A stretch of 53,222 bases of DNA, the filler included, from Bipalium vagum (Eukaryota): NCBI GenBank assembly GCA_037834085.1. It is 3 parts of 3 records of this genome, joined end to end, with 100 filler letters (N's around TTAATTAATTAA, not from the genome) between each part and the next. Parts side by side here need not be neighbours in the genome. Positions count along the whole stretch, not along the records: positions 1 to 17,844 come from JBBMKC010049105.1; positions 17,945 to 36,403 come from JBBMKC010028696.1; 1 more part is not named here. One strand, given 5' to 3'. Position numbers and translations under genes: made by a program. The number at the start of each line of letters is the position of its first letter. Within the stretch, counting starts at the first letter, position 1. Under the pieces are notes generated by a model that saw only the letters and a program-made list of their open reading frames with translations, had not been told where the DNA came from and ran no database searches. This document shows, one piece after another, positions 13,152-27,100 of the stretch.

Positions 13152-14029
13152 TAGATCCCAGTTTTCACCTTAAATAAAGAGTATACATTTTACTTAGATT
13201 TTACATCAATCTTAAAGTATTCATTGTGTATCTTACAACAAAATAGCACTCTTGTAATCCACTCTTATACAGACCTTAATAATTTTAAATTTGGAAATTA
13301 CGAATCATCATTTGTGATGAAGAAATTACAAAGCGCTGCGGGTCTGGCCATTGATTCCAAGGTTTGAATTATTCCTGGTAGTAATCAGAAATATTTTGGT
13401 CTTTAGTGGAATTTCTTTTTTCAACCTATTCCCAACAGTCAACGACCAAATTGTTTTTCTGACTGACAGCATACGGCATTTGATATTAGAAGACTGAGCA
13501 ATTTTTGGATAAGTCCAACAGTGATTATTTGTTGAAGTGAAGAATCTTTATTTCTGAAAATTCTTTTTTATAGTAAAGAAATCTGATATTCAACAGGACG
13601 ATTTGTACAGAATTTTTTTGTTAATTAAAAGGATATATTTTATTATATCATTATGTCAGGATGTACAATGGAATAGGTTGAGCTCGGTAACCCGGCGGAG
13701 TCCAGTTGGCAATTCAAGAATTTTTTTGACTTTTATCGGTGACTGTAATCAATAATTTTTTTGTTTTTCCTTTATTTTGTTTTTATTAATCAACCATTGA
13801 ATAAAAATCATGTTTATTAAGCAAAAAAATTTATGGACATTTCAAGATTCCAAAAATGTAGGTACAATATGATTTAGCTGCACTTACCTCACGATTAGTT
13901 CTTTTAATTATCTATTAAATCTATACATCATTAATCCATTATTTTGTGAGATTTAAAATATAGGAAAAAAATAAAGACGTGACAGAAAAAAATGTAAAAT
14001 TAAAGAATACTACCATTTTAATACACGAA

Positions 14030-14335
14030 AAAAGGATTATGAAAAAACAATGGTATACAACTGGAGAACCAGAAAAATCTGTTAGCTAAATATCCATGGA
14101 TCAAAAAATTTTTTATGTGGGTTGTGGAGCATTCATGGTGTGGTTCATTTTGAAATACTTAAAATTAATTAATTATCTAATAAAATTGACAAAACAAAGC
14201 AACCATTACAGAAAAACAACTAATCTTTCTCCTTAGAAAAAGTGATTCCCCATCATGACCATGCTAGTGTTGAAAAGAACACATGAGAAAAATTAAGAAG
14301 GTTGTATGGGAGATTTTTATTCATCCCGGATACAG
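14030..14335 (+). mobile_element. Highly decayed mariner fragment
   Basis: Remnants WSIHGVVHFEIL, HHDHA, WEIFIHPGY. Confidence 0.55.
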
Positions 14336-15188
14336 AAGAAGTAGTATTTTCTAAATTGAAAAATTTTAAAGTTTTATTAGGACCACCTTGTTTTAGTACT
14401 TCGCCGAATATTCTATGTTATTTTTTTTGTATTGTGGAACATACTTCCCTCGTTAAGTTTAGTTTAGTTAAATTGAGGAAACGGCAGACTTCTCTTTCTT
14501 TCTTTTTTTATATTGCACTCTAAGTTAGTCTCGTTGATTTGTACTTTCAATTTATTGTTTCAACAGGTATCTCCAATGAATTGGTCAGCTTTATGACTCT
14601 TCGGTGTTGAGACAGGAGCTAAAAAATAGTGACATCTAGCAATTGGAGCAATTTGTCAATTATCATACTATAATGGATTCAGTTGGTCATGTTGGTTTTT
14701 TGTGAATTTGGTCGAGAAAAAAGTAGTGTTTCCTTTGGGTTCTTAAGAATTTGAAGTGTTTTCCCGCTTTCCATAATGATGCTTACAGTATTGTATTTTT
14801 TTTCTTTTTTTGTCAACGTTGAATCAGAATTTTAGGCTATTGTTAGAATTTTTAAAAGAAATTTACTTTAATAGAATAAACTAAAAGTTTGTAAATATTT
14901 TGAATTTTGAATTTTTATATTTTATTTATATGTTCATAGAATAATGTTTATTAACCTTGGAAAAAATTATTAGATTTCTTCATGTTTTATAATATAAAAG
15001 TAAATTTTCTTAATGCCTAGCAAAATTCATAAAGTTCGAAAAATTCTCTTACATAATTTCCCTAAATTATTAATTTTAAAAAGGTAATGCTTGATATTGA
15101 AACTTTATGTATAATATTTTTTGAGGAAATAGTAATAGTAACAATAAAACATTTTGTTTGTATAAGCGTTGTTTTAATAATTATTTAA

Positions 15189-16238
15189 ATGAATTCATTT
15201 CAAGTAACCGAAAAATTTCACCAATATTTAAACGAAGACAAATGTTCTGAAGGATTGGCTACTGTAAAATCGTTACGAGATTTGATTGATAATTGTTCTG
15301 CGGCAACTATAACTGAATATGATTCAATCCTGAAGAAAGCAATTGAAGAATTATCTCAATCTGAACATTCCCTGGCTCCAATCAAGTCGGCATCGGAATT
15401 GTTCATGAGATATATCACGTATTGTAAATTAGACAACCGTTTGGTTGATTTCAAATCAAATTTATTGAACAAGGCCGATTTGTTCATTGATAAAGTAAAT
15501 TTTTTTCTATGACCACTTGTCCCGGTTACCTATTCATAATTTTCAGATCTCCAAGAATATCGACATAATTGCAGATCTTTGTGGTAATCTCTGCGGCAGT
15601 CTACAGAAAACCGTTTCCAACATATTGATATTGAGTGGGTCGAAGATTGTCTGGGAAACATTGGTAGAATTTGTGAGGAACTATCGTCGAAAGAAAATCA
15701 ATATTTACATCATCGGTCATCCTAAACCAAATTATTTGCTCAAAATGTCCCAATTATCGACCGGTAAGACAAATCGATAATAAATAATTTTAAAATGTTA
15801 ACTTCCCTAGCGATTTCATTTATTCCAATCGATTTTCGGTCATTGACATTTTATTTGAAATCGATCCACGTAGTTTTGGTTGGTGCCGAGGCCGTCGTTG
15901 GCAACGGAGGTATCATTAATGAAATGGGAACATTCAATTTGGCTATTTTGGCTAAACAGTTCAATATCGATTTTTTCGTCTTGACGGAAATCATTCGTTT
16001 CAGTCAGCTTTACCCGCTTGATCAAAATGATATTCCCAACGAGTTCCAGCGTCGTTGTGTCCGTCCCAATAGCGATAACAACAACAACAGTGAATACAAC
16101 GGCGAGACCGCACTCACCACCATGCTGCCACCTGAGGTTGATTACACGCCTCCAGAGTACATCAGGATGATTGTCACCGACATTGGTTACATTCCCCCGT
16201 CCAACGTAGGGGAAGAAGTTTTCAAGCTTTATTTATAA
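15189..16238 (+). CDS. EIF2B1: Translation initiation factor eIF2B subunit alpha; exons 15189-15494, 15547-15763, 15811-16238; 316 aa
   Basis: Three ORFs join in frame through GT-AG introns of 52 nt (15495-15546) and 47 nt (15764-15810). Motifs SASELFMRYIT, VLVGAEAVVGNGGIINEMGT, RFSQLYPLDQNDIP, VDYTPPEYI, PSNVGEEVFKLYL match eIF2B alpha. Confidence 0.92.
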
Positions 16239-17199
16239 TTTAAAAATACAATTTCGTTTCTCTTGCAAAAGCACTTCGACAACCGTTTCACCGTGTTACG
16301 TTCTCTTACCTCCCTTACCTGTGTTTTTTAATGTCCAATCATCATTTTCGTCCTTAGTTTGTTTTCAATATCTCAATTTTATTGGGCTTATGTTCTCGGT
16401 ATTGGTTCGATTTTTTCTCTTGTAATATTGGCTATTGATCCATATTAGAAAAAAACGATACTTTTATTACAGTTAATCTGATAGTTTTATCGATCTTACC
16501 ATTTAAATTTAAATGTTTTATGGTTAATTTTAAAAATCGATTTATTATTTATTGAAGAATTTTATTATTAATTTATCGACCGGTTTAAAATTAGGATATG
16601 ATTTATTTCAATATCACAATAGACTTAGTGACAGTATAATCTTTAAGAGTGATGTGTGATTGATTTTGGGTTGGAACTTCAAAAGATATTTTAGGCTGTG
16701 TAGATCATTTTAGTTCAAGTTTTCTAGGTTTCATAATTAACAATTTTCAATATTTTACGGAAGAATTTCGAGAACTAGCTAACACGTTGGAGTGATTGTT
16801 ATCTGAATTTCTAAGGGTTATAGATTAAGAGAAATTTATAGATTTAATAATTCTAAATCAAATTAAATTTTATATAAATTTATATTTACAGACTGATTAA
16901 CATTAAAATTTTCATGGTCTAGGTTAACCAAAAATAGGACGTTTGGTTTTTACATTTTTGAACATCCGCATTATGGATTAATGTTGCATCACAAGTTTTT
17001 GTTTCAACGAATCTTGTTTGTGTGATTTTATTTATTTATCTTTCATTTTACCAGTTAGACAATCACAAAGCAAATGTAAGGTCGCAGTAAGTCATAACTA
17101 AGGCTAGGATTTTTATGACTTAAACAAACTTTTAATACCCAAAAATGATAATTAGTTCCGGAGCACTTTTCAAATAAAATAATAAATATTGATATCACG

Positions 17200-17690
17200 G
17201 CAACAGAAGACAAGGATCAATTAAAAATAATTGAAACTCTTGATCTTGCAACACAAACAGATTCACCACTTCGTAAGACAAGGCAATGTAAAATAGATCC
17301 CCAAACAGACAAAAAGGTTAAGCTTACCTGCAGGCAAACTCGACAAAGAATTACAGAAACCATTGGAAATTTAATAGAAAACGATATGGCAGCACGAGAT
17401 AATCAACCTAACGAAGATGAGAATCCTGTTCAAATTTATAATGGTTATATTAAAATAGATGTTTTCAGTGGGAGCCCAGCAGAGTTACCCGACTTCTTAG
17501 CAAATTACTATATCATAATGAGAAAATCATGATGAACCGTTTACCCATATATTTAAAGGCGCAGCTCGGGATGATTATTTAGAACTAGTGTCAAAAGGTA
17601 AAAATGAAAGTTGGTTAAAAGTCAAAGAGGCATTAGAGGAAAAAATATTTACAGACGATACAGGGCATCTCTTCAGAAGGCAATTTGCCA
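17200..17690 (+). mobile_element. Gypsy-like gag (capsid) remnant
   Basis: IDVFSGSPAELPDFL...LPIYLK/AARDDYLEL...SWLKVKEALEEK with a stop and frameshift. Confidence 0.5.
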
Positions 17691-17844
17691 TTATGTGGAG
17701 TATCCCACAATAAATATTTTATTATTAACAATTGTGATGATTTTTGTTTTTTTAATTTAATTTAATTTTTATTTTTTATGTAAGGATTTGTGGAAGATAA
17801 AACCCTTCTCTTTAATTAATTAAAATTATTAATTATTAATTATT

Positions 17845-17944
17845 NNNNNNNNNNNNNNNNNNNNNNNNNNNNNNNNNNNNNNNNNNNNTTAATTAATTAA
17901 NNNNNNNNNNNNNNNNNNNNNNNNNNNNNNNNNNNNNNNNNNNN
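17845..17944. other. Artificial contig linker (N44-TTAATTAATTAA-N44)
   Basis: Exactly 100 bp; central 12-mer has stops in all six frames. Confidence 0.95.
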
Positions 17945-19899
17945 GGCGCCCTTTTCCATTTTTATTATTTGGTAATTAATATATTAAAACAAAAAACTCT
18001 TCATTAGATTAAAAATAAATTAAAATTAAAATTAAATAGATTAAAACAGTTAATTAGAACATTTTCTTTATTTTTGGTAAAAAATTCTACATGGCTAACA
18101 CTTTTGAGCATGAGTATACTTGCGAAAACATTATCTACCTTTTGTGCCCAATATGTTTCAAAAATTTCTCTATTCATTAGCATTGTTATGAAAATGATAT
18201 TTATTTAAACAATAATAACGGAATAAAATCTAAAAATAAAATTAATTTCTGATATTGCGGTTCGACATTTGGAATAATCCCCAAAGGCATGAAAGTTCAT
18301 TACGATATAGATTACCGCAAAAGAATCACTCAAGTCTAAGATAGCCTCCGTTGATGCTCCACAAATAGTTGATTCATTCTTGTGTTTTATAATCTTACCA
18401 TTCTTCAAAAATTGAAAGTAAAGTACTTCTTCAATTTCAAGTCACCACTACCTTACAATACCTTCTTAGTAATGTCACAAAAGTTAACTCAATTACACCA
18501 GTTTCTTCAACAATTTCTTTCTACTCGTAACTGCTAACTCTTAAAAAATATTTAAAAAACTGTTAAAATACCTCAAATTACTCAACTCCTCAAGAAAACA
18601 ATCCAGCTTGACTATTTCTGTTTCATGAGGTCTACGAGTCTGTTGGTAAATTATTTTAAGCAAACAATTCTGAATTGAAAATTCCTCTGAAACTCCATTT
18701 TCCATTAACCTAATAAAAAACGAGGAACTTCAATAAAGAAGAATTGATTATTATTGTTGTATGTTTTTTATTATCATTATTATTTTGATAATAATTATAA
18801 TTACTCGTTTACTCTTAAATTAACAGAATAATAATACATCAAAGCAAGAAATTAAATCTGCGGAGGTATGTAAAAAATAACAGAGAAGCAATAGCTATTC
18901 TTTGGGTATCTTTATAAAAATTGTAATTTTCCAAAGTTATAATATGTAAATATTTGGTTTATAAAATTTCGTGTAGAATCTCGGAATAGTTGTGTTACAA
19001 CATAGATTTTTTCAAAGGCCTACTTTTTGATTATGGCAAATTTACCTGTTGAAATTCGTGTAAATATCTCATAATATATATAGTTATAAATATTATTTTA
19101 CTATTCATTTTATATTATGTTATGCAATCAAAGTTTTGATGCATTTGTTTAGAATTAGAACATGTTATTTCTGCATCATAACATTAACAAACATTAACAT
19201 TTTCAAATAGGTTGAGTATGGCACTTAAACCTAATAAAGGAAAAATATTGATTTTAGGAAATGTATAGTTGATTGGAATTTTGCATATAGACATATTTTC
19301 ACATTACCCACAGTAATACTGTTATATCCAGATTTTAATTATGAATTAGATTTAATATATTTTTCTTCTACTAATTATATTTATAGAAACAAGGGAAACA
19401 ATAATAGAATTATCATAACAGATATCAATAAAAGAATAGTTCAGAAACAGAAATAATGTACTTAAATCCAAGTGTATATGAGTTAAATGAAATAGTTTAA
19501 ATATGAAAATGTTAAAATTAAGATTCTTTTTAAAATAAATTTTATAAAAAAATCAAATCAGATTTCTTTATTGTGTAATGACAACAATAGCAGGAGATTA
19601 TGAACTTAAATTTATAAAAGAAAATAGTTTATCAAGTATTTTAAATTTGAAAAAATATTTATAAAAGGAATATATTATATTATTTAAAACAAGTTGACAT
19701 TAGAAATATTTAAGCATAGAATTATGATTTAATGTAATATTATTGGAGTTTTTTACAATGGCGGAAAAACCAATTTTATATTTGATTTTCTAAATAACAC
19801 AGTTAGAGAAAGGTTTTGGAATAATTATTCAATTGTTATTTATAAATTAGATTTAATATATATTTGACTCTGAATATTAAAACAGAAAAGAATGGAAAA

Positions 19900-20375
19900 C
19901 TCCAGACCAACTTACACCTGGGAAGCACAGTGTTGAAGAAATGGATTTAGTAGATCCAAAAAGCGTGTTGCTATCTCCACTACATATCAATTTAGGCTTA
20001 ATGAAGACTTTTGTTAAGAATTTAATTAAAAATGATGCTGCAATTTAATATATTGCCATAAAATTTCTAGAAATTAGTGAAGAAAAGTTAAAGAACGGTA
20101 TATTCATAGTTTCTCAAATTCGACAGTTGATTAAAGACAGAATTTCCTTCAAAAATGACACCAATGGAATTTAATGCTTGTAATTCATTCGTTAAAGTTT
20201 TCCGTAATTTCTTTGAAACTACAAATCCGATGATCTTGAAAAACTAATAAAAAAACTGATTATAAACTTTAAAACCCTAAGTTACCGAATGAGTATTAAA
20301 TATTAGTTTTAGACTCACACTTGGATTATTTTCCCAAAATACTTGGAGACTATAGTGAGGAACAGGATGAGGCAA
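19900..20375 (+). mobile_element. Chapaev3-like (CMC) transposase remnant
   Basis: LVDPKSVLLSPLHINLGLMKTFVK, KLKNGIFI.SQIRQL and FLDSHLDYFPKILGDYSEEQ resemble the LHIKLGLMK and HLDFFP..LG..SDEQGE motifs. Confidence 0.75.
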
Positions 20376-20779
20376 AATATCCCAACGAAGCTCTTATAAT
20401 TTTTTCTGGGTGACCAAATATATATGAGGCAGGATGTTGTCGTGTTTGTAGACAACACCATTCCAATCTGCCAATATTGTACGTTTTTCGTGAATTGCTT
20501 TGTTTACCTTTGACAATTGGGAGTAGTACACATCCGAATAAAGATGATGATAAATCTTAATAAATTACACCTTTAAAATCCTACCAAATATAAAGCATTG
20601 GTGAATTCCTGCATTTGGTGAGGATTTTGGTGGCATACCAGGACAACCCTACGACTGCTTACGGACCACATTGTAACGAACAATCCATTTTTCATCGCTG
20701 GTAACAGATTGCTTCAATTTCTTGTCATTTCAGCAATGAATCATATTTTTGTTGGCGAAAACCTGCCCCTTAGCGTATC

Positions 20780-21470
20780 AGCGAATATCAGAAACCGGCT
20801 GAGAGAGATATGTTTACACGGTCGAATGGCCAAGAAAAAACCTCTAATTTCTAAAAATAGTCTCAAAGAAAGAGTGAAATGGGTCAGAACCTTTCTGAGT
20901 GATCACATGGATTGGAACACAGTCCTCTGATCTGACGAAAGCAAATTTAATGTTTTTGGGAGCGATGGAAAAATTATTGTGTGGAGAACTGTGGCTAAAG
21001 AAATGAAGATCGAGTGCCTCCGACCAACAGTTAAGTATATTTGTGGATCTATCATGGTTTGGGGATGTTTTTCGAGTGCTGGGGTGGAGAAATTACATTT
21101 CATAGATGGCATAATGGATAAAGAAAAGTACCTTAATATTTTGAAAGAAAACTTGGTGCAATCCGCCCAACAACTTGGTATTGAAAATAATTTCAAGTTT
21201 CAGCATGATAGGGATCCGAAACTTACTGAGAAGATCGTGAAAAAGTGATTGGAAGATACAAGTGTTGAGGTTTGCAATGGGTTGGTCAATCACCGGACAT
21301 GAATCTTTTTGAGAATTTATGGGCCTATTTGAAAAGAAAAGTGAAGGAAGGGGAGATAACTGGAAAAGAAATGCTAAAAGCATGTCTTATAGAATAATGG
21401 CAGAAAATTCCTTCTGATTTTTGCAAAAAACTGGTGCAATCAATGGATAATAGATTTCAAGTGGTGCTTA
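20780..21470 (+). mobile_element. Tc1 (DD34E) transposase remnant
   Basis: GRMAKKKPLIS, VL*SDESKFNVFGSDG, GSIMVWGCFS, FQHDRDPK, QSPD, ENLW. Confidence 0.9.
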
Positions 21471-21589
21471 ATTTTTTTTTATCGATAATTCTTGAAATAT
21501 ATCGTGAACTGGCCAAGTTTTTTTTACAATTTTAACCTTTTTTGGGTTGGTATAATGTGGCCTTTCGTGCAGGCAACCAAATTAGGCTT

Positions 21590-22520
21590 AAAAATGAAAC
21601 AAATATCAATAGAAACTCGTTCCAAAATGTCAGCATTTACAAAATTTGGATTTTTCAAACGTAAAACAGTCACTAAATGTGGAACGAATATGGAAGTTTA
21701 CCATCAAAAGGAACTCAACATCGCGACATAATGAAGGGAAAGCAATTTGAAACAATAAAAAAAAATCGTTCTGGTAGACTGAGAAAAACGAACGCTTGGC
21801 CTTGAAAAATGCTAAGTCTTTGGGGACGTTATTGACTGATTTTGAAGACCTAAATGGTGCTAAGCTCTGCTAAAGATCCATAAAATAAAATTTCCACCAA
21901 CTACTGGCCTTGTAATTCAAAGCTGCAGAAGAAAACCTATTTTTTCCAAGGTAAATTTAGTGAAGCGTGGTAACTGGAAGGAAAGCACATTGGTCAACCA
22001 ATCAATTTTTGGAAATCAATGATCATTTCAGATGAAAGCAGATTTTTAAAAATAAACGATGAACCAGAAAAATGTATACTTTCAAACCTGAATTCCTGAA
22101 CAAAACTGTGAAATTTGACGAAGGAGTAATGGTTTGGGGCTGCTTATGGTATTCTGCAGTTGGAACGTTGGTATGGATTGATCGATTGAAAGTGAATGGC
22201 GCAACTTATTGTCATATTTTTGGCCAATTTTTTCCAGATGGAAATTTCTTATTTCAGCAATATAGCGCCTCTTACCTTGCTTCTAAAGTCAACAAAGAGT
22301 GGTATGATGAACAATCAGTATCCCTGTTCATTAATTATCTCCCCACCAATCACCAGATATGAACCCATTACAGAACTTATTGAGTTATGTTGATAGAAAA
22401 ATTCATGAAAAACCATGCAAATCATGTTTGGAACTTAGAGGACGAATTCTAACTGCTTAGGAAGCAATACCCATTGACCTGATCCAAAAATGATACCACT
22501 TTCTATACCGGTTAAACAAA
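21590..22520 (+). mobile_element. Second, more decayed Tc1-like element
   Basis: RSGR, RRKP, ISDESRF, GVMVWGCLWYSAVG, FLFQQ, SPDMNPI in broken frames. Confidence 0.75.
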
Positions 22521-24107
22521 ATCTCTTCACTAAGCAAATTTGAGAACAGCCACATCTTTTTAATAAAAATAAAACTGGTTTCATACTTGGGTTCATTGAC
22601 AAAACTTGGATTTACCACAATGATCCTAAACGAGAACATTTACAGAGGACTGAATCTTGATCTTCATTTTCAAAGTAACCAAAGAGAGAACAGAAGGTAA
22701 AAAGTATTGACAACAGCTCTTTGCAGTGCCAAAGGTATTCAGCGGATTGATTACCTTGAAAAAGAAAAGAAAAAATAACTCCAAATGTTAGATAAAAAGG
22801 CTTAAATCAGTTGGATGCAATGGATCTCGAAATTAGACCTAGGTTATTACAAATTGTATCAATTTTTGTCCAATTGTTCTTTTCTTGTCACAGAAAATGA
22901 CAAGAACCGGATTCTTGGAAACGGGAAGATTGATAAAACGACGGAGTTCGACATTTCAAGACAGTATGCTCTTACACGAACAATGTGAAGGAAAACACCA
23001 GATTTGGAATTTGAGTTTGATTCTGCAGATGACACATATTCTCTGATTCTATGCAAGTGTAGTCTGAATAGCGCTTTCTATTGAGCATGTTATTACATAG
23101 CAGCCAGGAGCTTCGAAGTGGAGCTCCACGATTTCGAATTCAGTAGCAATTGGAGTGACTGCCTCTGTCCTTAATATCTATTAGTTGTATAACTTAAGTT
23201 GGTGGTGTGGCTTTTGTAATAAACTTATTGGATGAAAACTACATTAAAATATTCTTGTGCTATCTATCAAGAAGTAATGGGTTGCACGAATTTGAAAATG
23301 AAAATATCATATCTGATGTTGTGAAGGTATTAAAATTAAAGCACTCACCGGAAATTTAAAACTCGAAGAACTTGTGTATGAGAAGATGTATTTTGATCCA
23401 ATGATATACCTCTTAGGCTAATTCACACAGGAAGCCCTAAACATTTCTATAACGTCGTACCTGTGTATATATATACTTTTACACAAACAATAAAAAGTAA
23501 GTAATTATCGGTTTTCGCTCTCCAATAGACCTGGTAACAATAAAACATCTTTTGTATAAAATAGAATAGAAATTTTCCATTTCAAAACATGTAACTTTTC
23601 AAAGTATACTCCATTTAATATGAAGTCTTCTTAAGAATAGGACATACTGGGATTCAAATAATATCCTGAGATCTAGGGTTGTGATTGTGAAATTGTTCAT
23701 ATTGGGATTATGACAGACCATAAATCTTCAGCCCTCTGCCTTTTCTCCTCCACTTGGAAATCATTTATAATTCAGAAATCTGCCAGAATTAGGTCTTAAA
23801 AAATTATGTTTAGGTCGAAGATGAAACGTGGAGAGGTCAAATCAACTTTAATAATAACACTTACTCTGCTTAGAGCAAAAATCAACGTTTATTATATTAA
23901 TATATGATACTAAGTATGTCAAAGACAAATATTATATTGTGAAGATGACAAGGGTTTCTGGTGATTTGAGAACATGATTTACGAAAGGTAACGAGACTAT
24001 ATAATGAAAGTCGCAAAGAAAAATGTTTATAGTGCAAAAAGAATGAAATAATGAGCAGAAAGAGTTGTGAAGACAGTCTTAAGAGATTTTGAAAAAAAGG
24101 AGAGTGC

Positions 24108-27100
24108 TTAGGTCTTGGTTTTTGATAAATTCTTGAGATTGATCCTCAGTCTATATAGATTCCAAATTCGAGCGTTGAAATTGAAGAATATGCCAATCAA
24201 CACACCCAAGCCGGAGTTCAAAGCTACGAAAACCATGGTGGCGGTTTTCCATTTGAAAAGGATGGTCAACTGCATCATCCCCATTGTTAGACCGGATAAT
24301 AGTGACAGTTTGATGGAAAACAACAGGATGATCTTCGTATTGCGGCTTTGAGATGAAGAGTTTGTTAGGTTTCCCCTACCGATCAAGGATCTGCAAAAAG
24401 GTTTAATTAACTTTATATAAATATTCAGGGTAATTTTTATTTCCTTTCTTCATTTTTAGTTTGAATTTCTCAGGAAATATCGAATTCATTGTGACCAAAC
24501 ATGGTCAGAAACGAAGATGCTGAAGACCTTCATTAGAGAGAACTTGCTAATAATCGTTACGATCATAAAACTAAAGACTTTATTAAGAGAGACAACAGCG
24601 ATGTAATATACTTGATACATGGTTAATGATGAAAAATGCCGAAATTATATATAATATATAAGTACAGATAAGATTCTTTAAAAATATCATAATAATTTTA
24701 ATGTAAATAAAACAGACTTTTAATGGCCAGGCCATTACAATCAGACCCAAGCTTTGTGATCATTAGTGAACCATAAAAAGTGACATTATCATTATGAACC
24801 AACTGATTTACAAAGTTCTCGAATGGACTGTTCCTGGAACGTTTCATTGACTCGGGTAATCGACGTATTGCTAAAAATTAAAGTACAAAACCATACCTCC
24901 TCTCAAGACAGGTAATGAAGCAGCCGAGTCAATCTTGTGAATTAAACGCGAAAGAATTTCTTATTTTTTATTAAATAATGAGTGAAGCCAAAAATTAGGA
25001 TGTCATGGACCGTAATGGAAGTCAAAGTTTGATCTACTAAAGGACTACCTTTTCTCTTCAGCACTAGATCTTGAACGCTAATCAATTGCTGTGCTTAAAG
25101 TTGAGAAGGTCTCAATTTTCAGACACAGATTAAGTAGAACGATATCATGTCAATATTTGGAAAGTGCACATCCTATTTCTTACGAGAATAAACAGTACTA
25201 CTTTCGTTCAATTATTTAGAATGTTTACTGTTAAGATAAGGGTCTTTTAGGTCAGTATTTCAATGTCACAATATTTGTAACTTTCGGAGTAACTTTTACT
25301 TTTTAAAAGATAAATAAAGCTTAAATTGGTTTAAAAGACACCATAATTGCAACATATTTGGTTATCAAAATACAGGGCTATTACTTTACTTTGATTTGTG
25401 TAATCTGAACTTGCATTTCAGATCTTTCCATTCAGAAGGACTATAACAAACCAGATCACAATATTTTAGTTACTAATTAGAAAAAATAATACATTTAATT
25501 CTTTTCGGTCTTTTGTAAGCTCAGTTAAATTAAAGAATGAAATTGTACATTTTACACATCAGCAAGTACCTTGAAATTCCAAAGATGGACCACAGTAAAC
25601 ATATAATGGAAATAATTGAGGTTCCTACGGCCGGACCGGTAATTCCAAATAAAATGGAAAAGTTACCCGTTAACCAACACTTAGGAACATGACCATAATC
25701 CACCGGTAACCAATATAAACACAGGTACCCGCAGGCAAAATTAACAACTCCGGGCAGCCAAAATATTATAGTATATATGGTTATTAAGATGAAATAAAGA
25801 ATGAATTTCCGAGTTGCAGTTCCGGTATTCCTCTTTATATTACTAGTACCAAATGTTTTTGCTGAGTCCACTGCTATTAACGACATCCACCCAAGCCACG
25901 AGAGCAAAGAGAAATGTGTAATAAGAATTACAAAATTACAAACGGAGTCCAAATTTTTGCTTAAAGCTATGGTCAAGAATCCACAATACGTGATCAATAA
26001 AAAGACTGACATGGTCAGCACCATCAAGCCTGGAAGGGTCCTCAACACGGAGTGCAACGAATAAGTTAAAATGGTAATCATCAGTCCAATTATTGATAAG
26101 GTTATGAGGATAACAGTAAAGTAATATTCTGCGACGGAAGAAGGGTCTGAGATGCTTTTTTTTCTTCGGAAACGCCTTGTTCTGTAACTACAGACCTTTC
26201 TCAGAGCATAGTATGATTTGTAGATAACAAAATTGCTGTTATTGTTGATGTCTTTGGTAATGGTTAACTCCTGCATCCATGCTTCTATGTCAGGAATCTC
26301 GGTTATTATTTGGTAAGGGATCACTTCACAGTTCCTCTGAGAGGATTTGTTCACGTAAGTACTTCTTATGGAAACTGAGTTTGTTTTGTTAGAAAATCTA
26401 TACTTATCTCTGTATAATTTTGATATGTTCCAAATATCCAGGAATATCTGGAAAAATGTTAAGTTAACTTCTATTGAATTTACAATAAAAAATGTTTGGT
26501 TCATTTGGGAACTGAGGACCTTTGTAAACTCATAAAACTGCGCCTTCATACGTGGAGATGTATCATTTGTGATGATACCAATATTCAAAAAGAAAATCCT
26601 TACTAAGATGAAGCTTCCTTCAGGAGTTACCAACATGTTAGAATTATCATTATAAGTACCTAATAATGTTGCATTGAAATACGACTGGGTTTTAATTGAT
26701 ATTTGTTTAACTGCTTTACAATTTGCAATGTAAATAGTTATTATTTTATCTAGCAAGCTTATCGAGTTGCAGGGACTGTCTTCAGTTGGTAAAGGGTATG
26801 GTTCTGTTGATCTTATGCAGTTCTTGATTTCACACATTTCGACATCTGCATATACTTCGACTGGCGTCTGACAGGAGTCCAACCTTTTCTTTTCCCCCGT
26901 TGTGTATATTTGGGATTGAGTGCCATCTTGATTTGGATTGAAAAGAAAGCCAAATGAAGGAACGTCATCTGATGGAGGTTCTTCAACAATGACTTCATCC
27001 TTTATACTGAGTTCATCAAATACTTTGATTATACTACACACAGCCAAGCCTTTATTTTTGGGATTAACATCAATAAATATTCTTTTACACTCTACCTGGT

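Noticed and set aside
6427-16238. TyrRS and eIF2B alpha as a translation gene cluster
   Set aside because: Divergent genes ~6 kb apart separated by transposon debris; no evidence of co-regulation.
17889-17900. TTAATTAATTAA palindrome as a biological motif
   Set aside because: Centred in N runs twice; an assembly linker.
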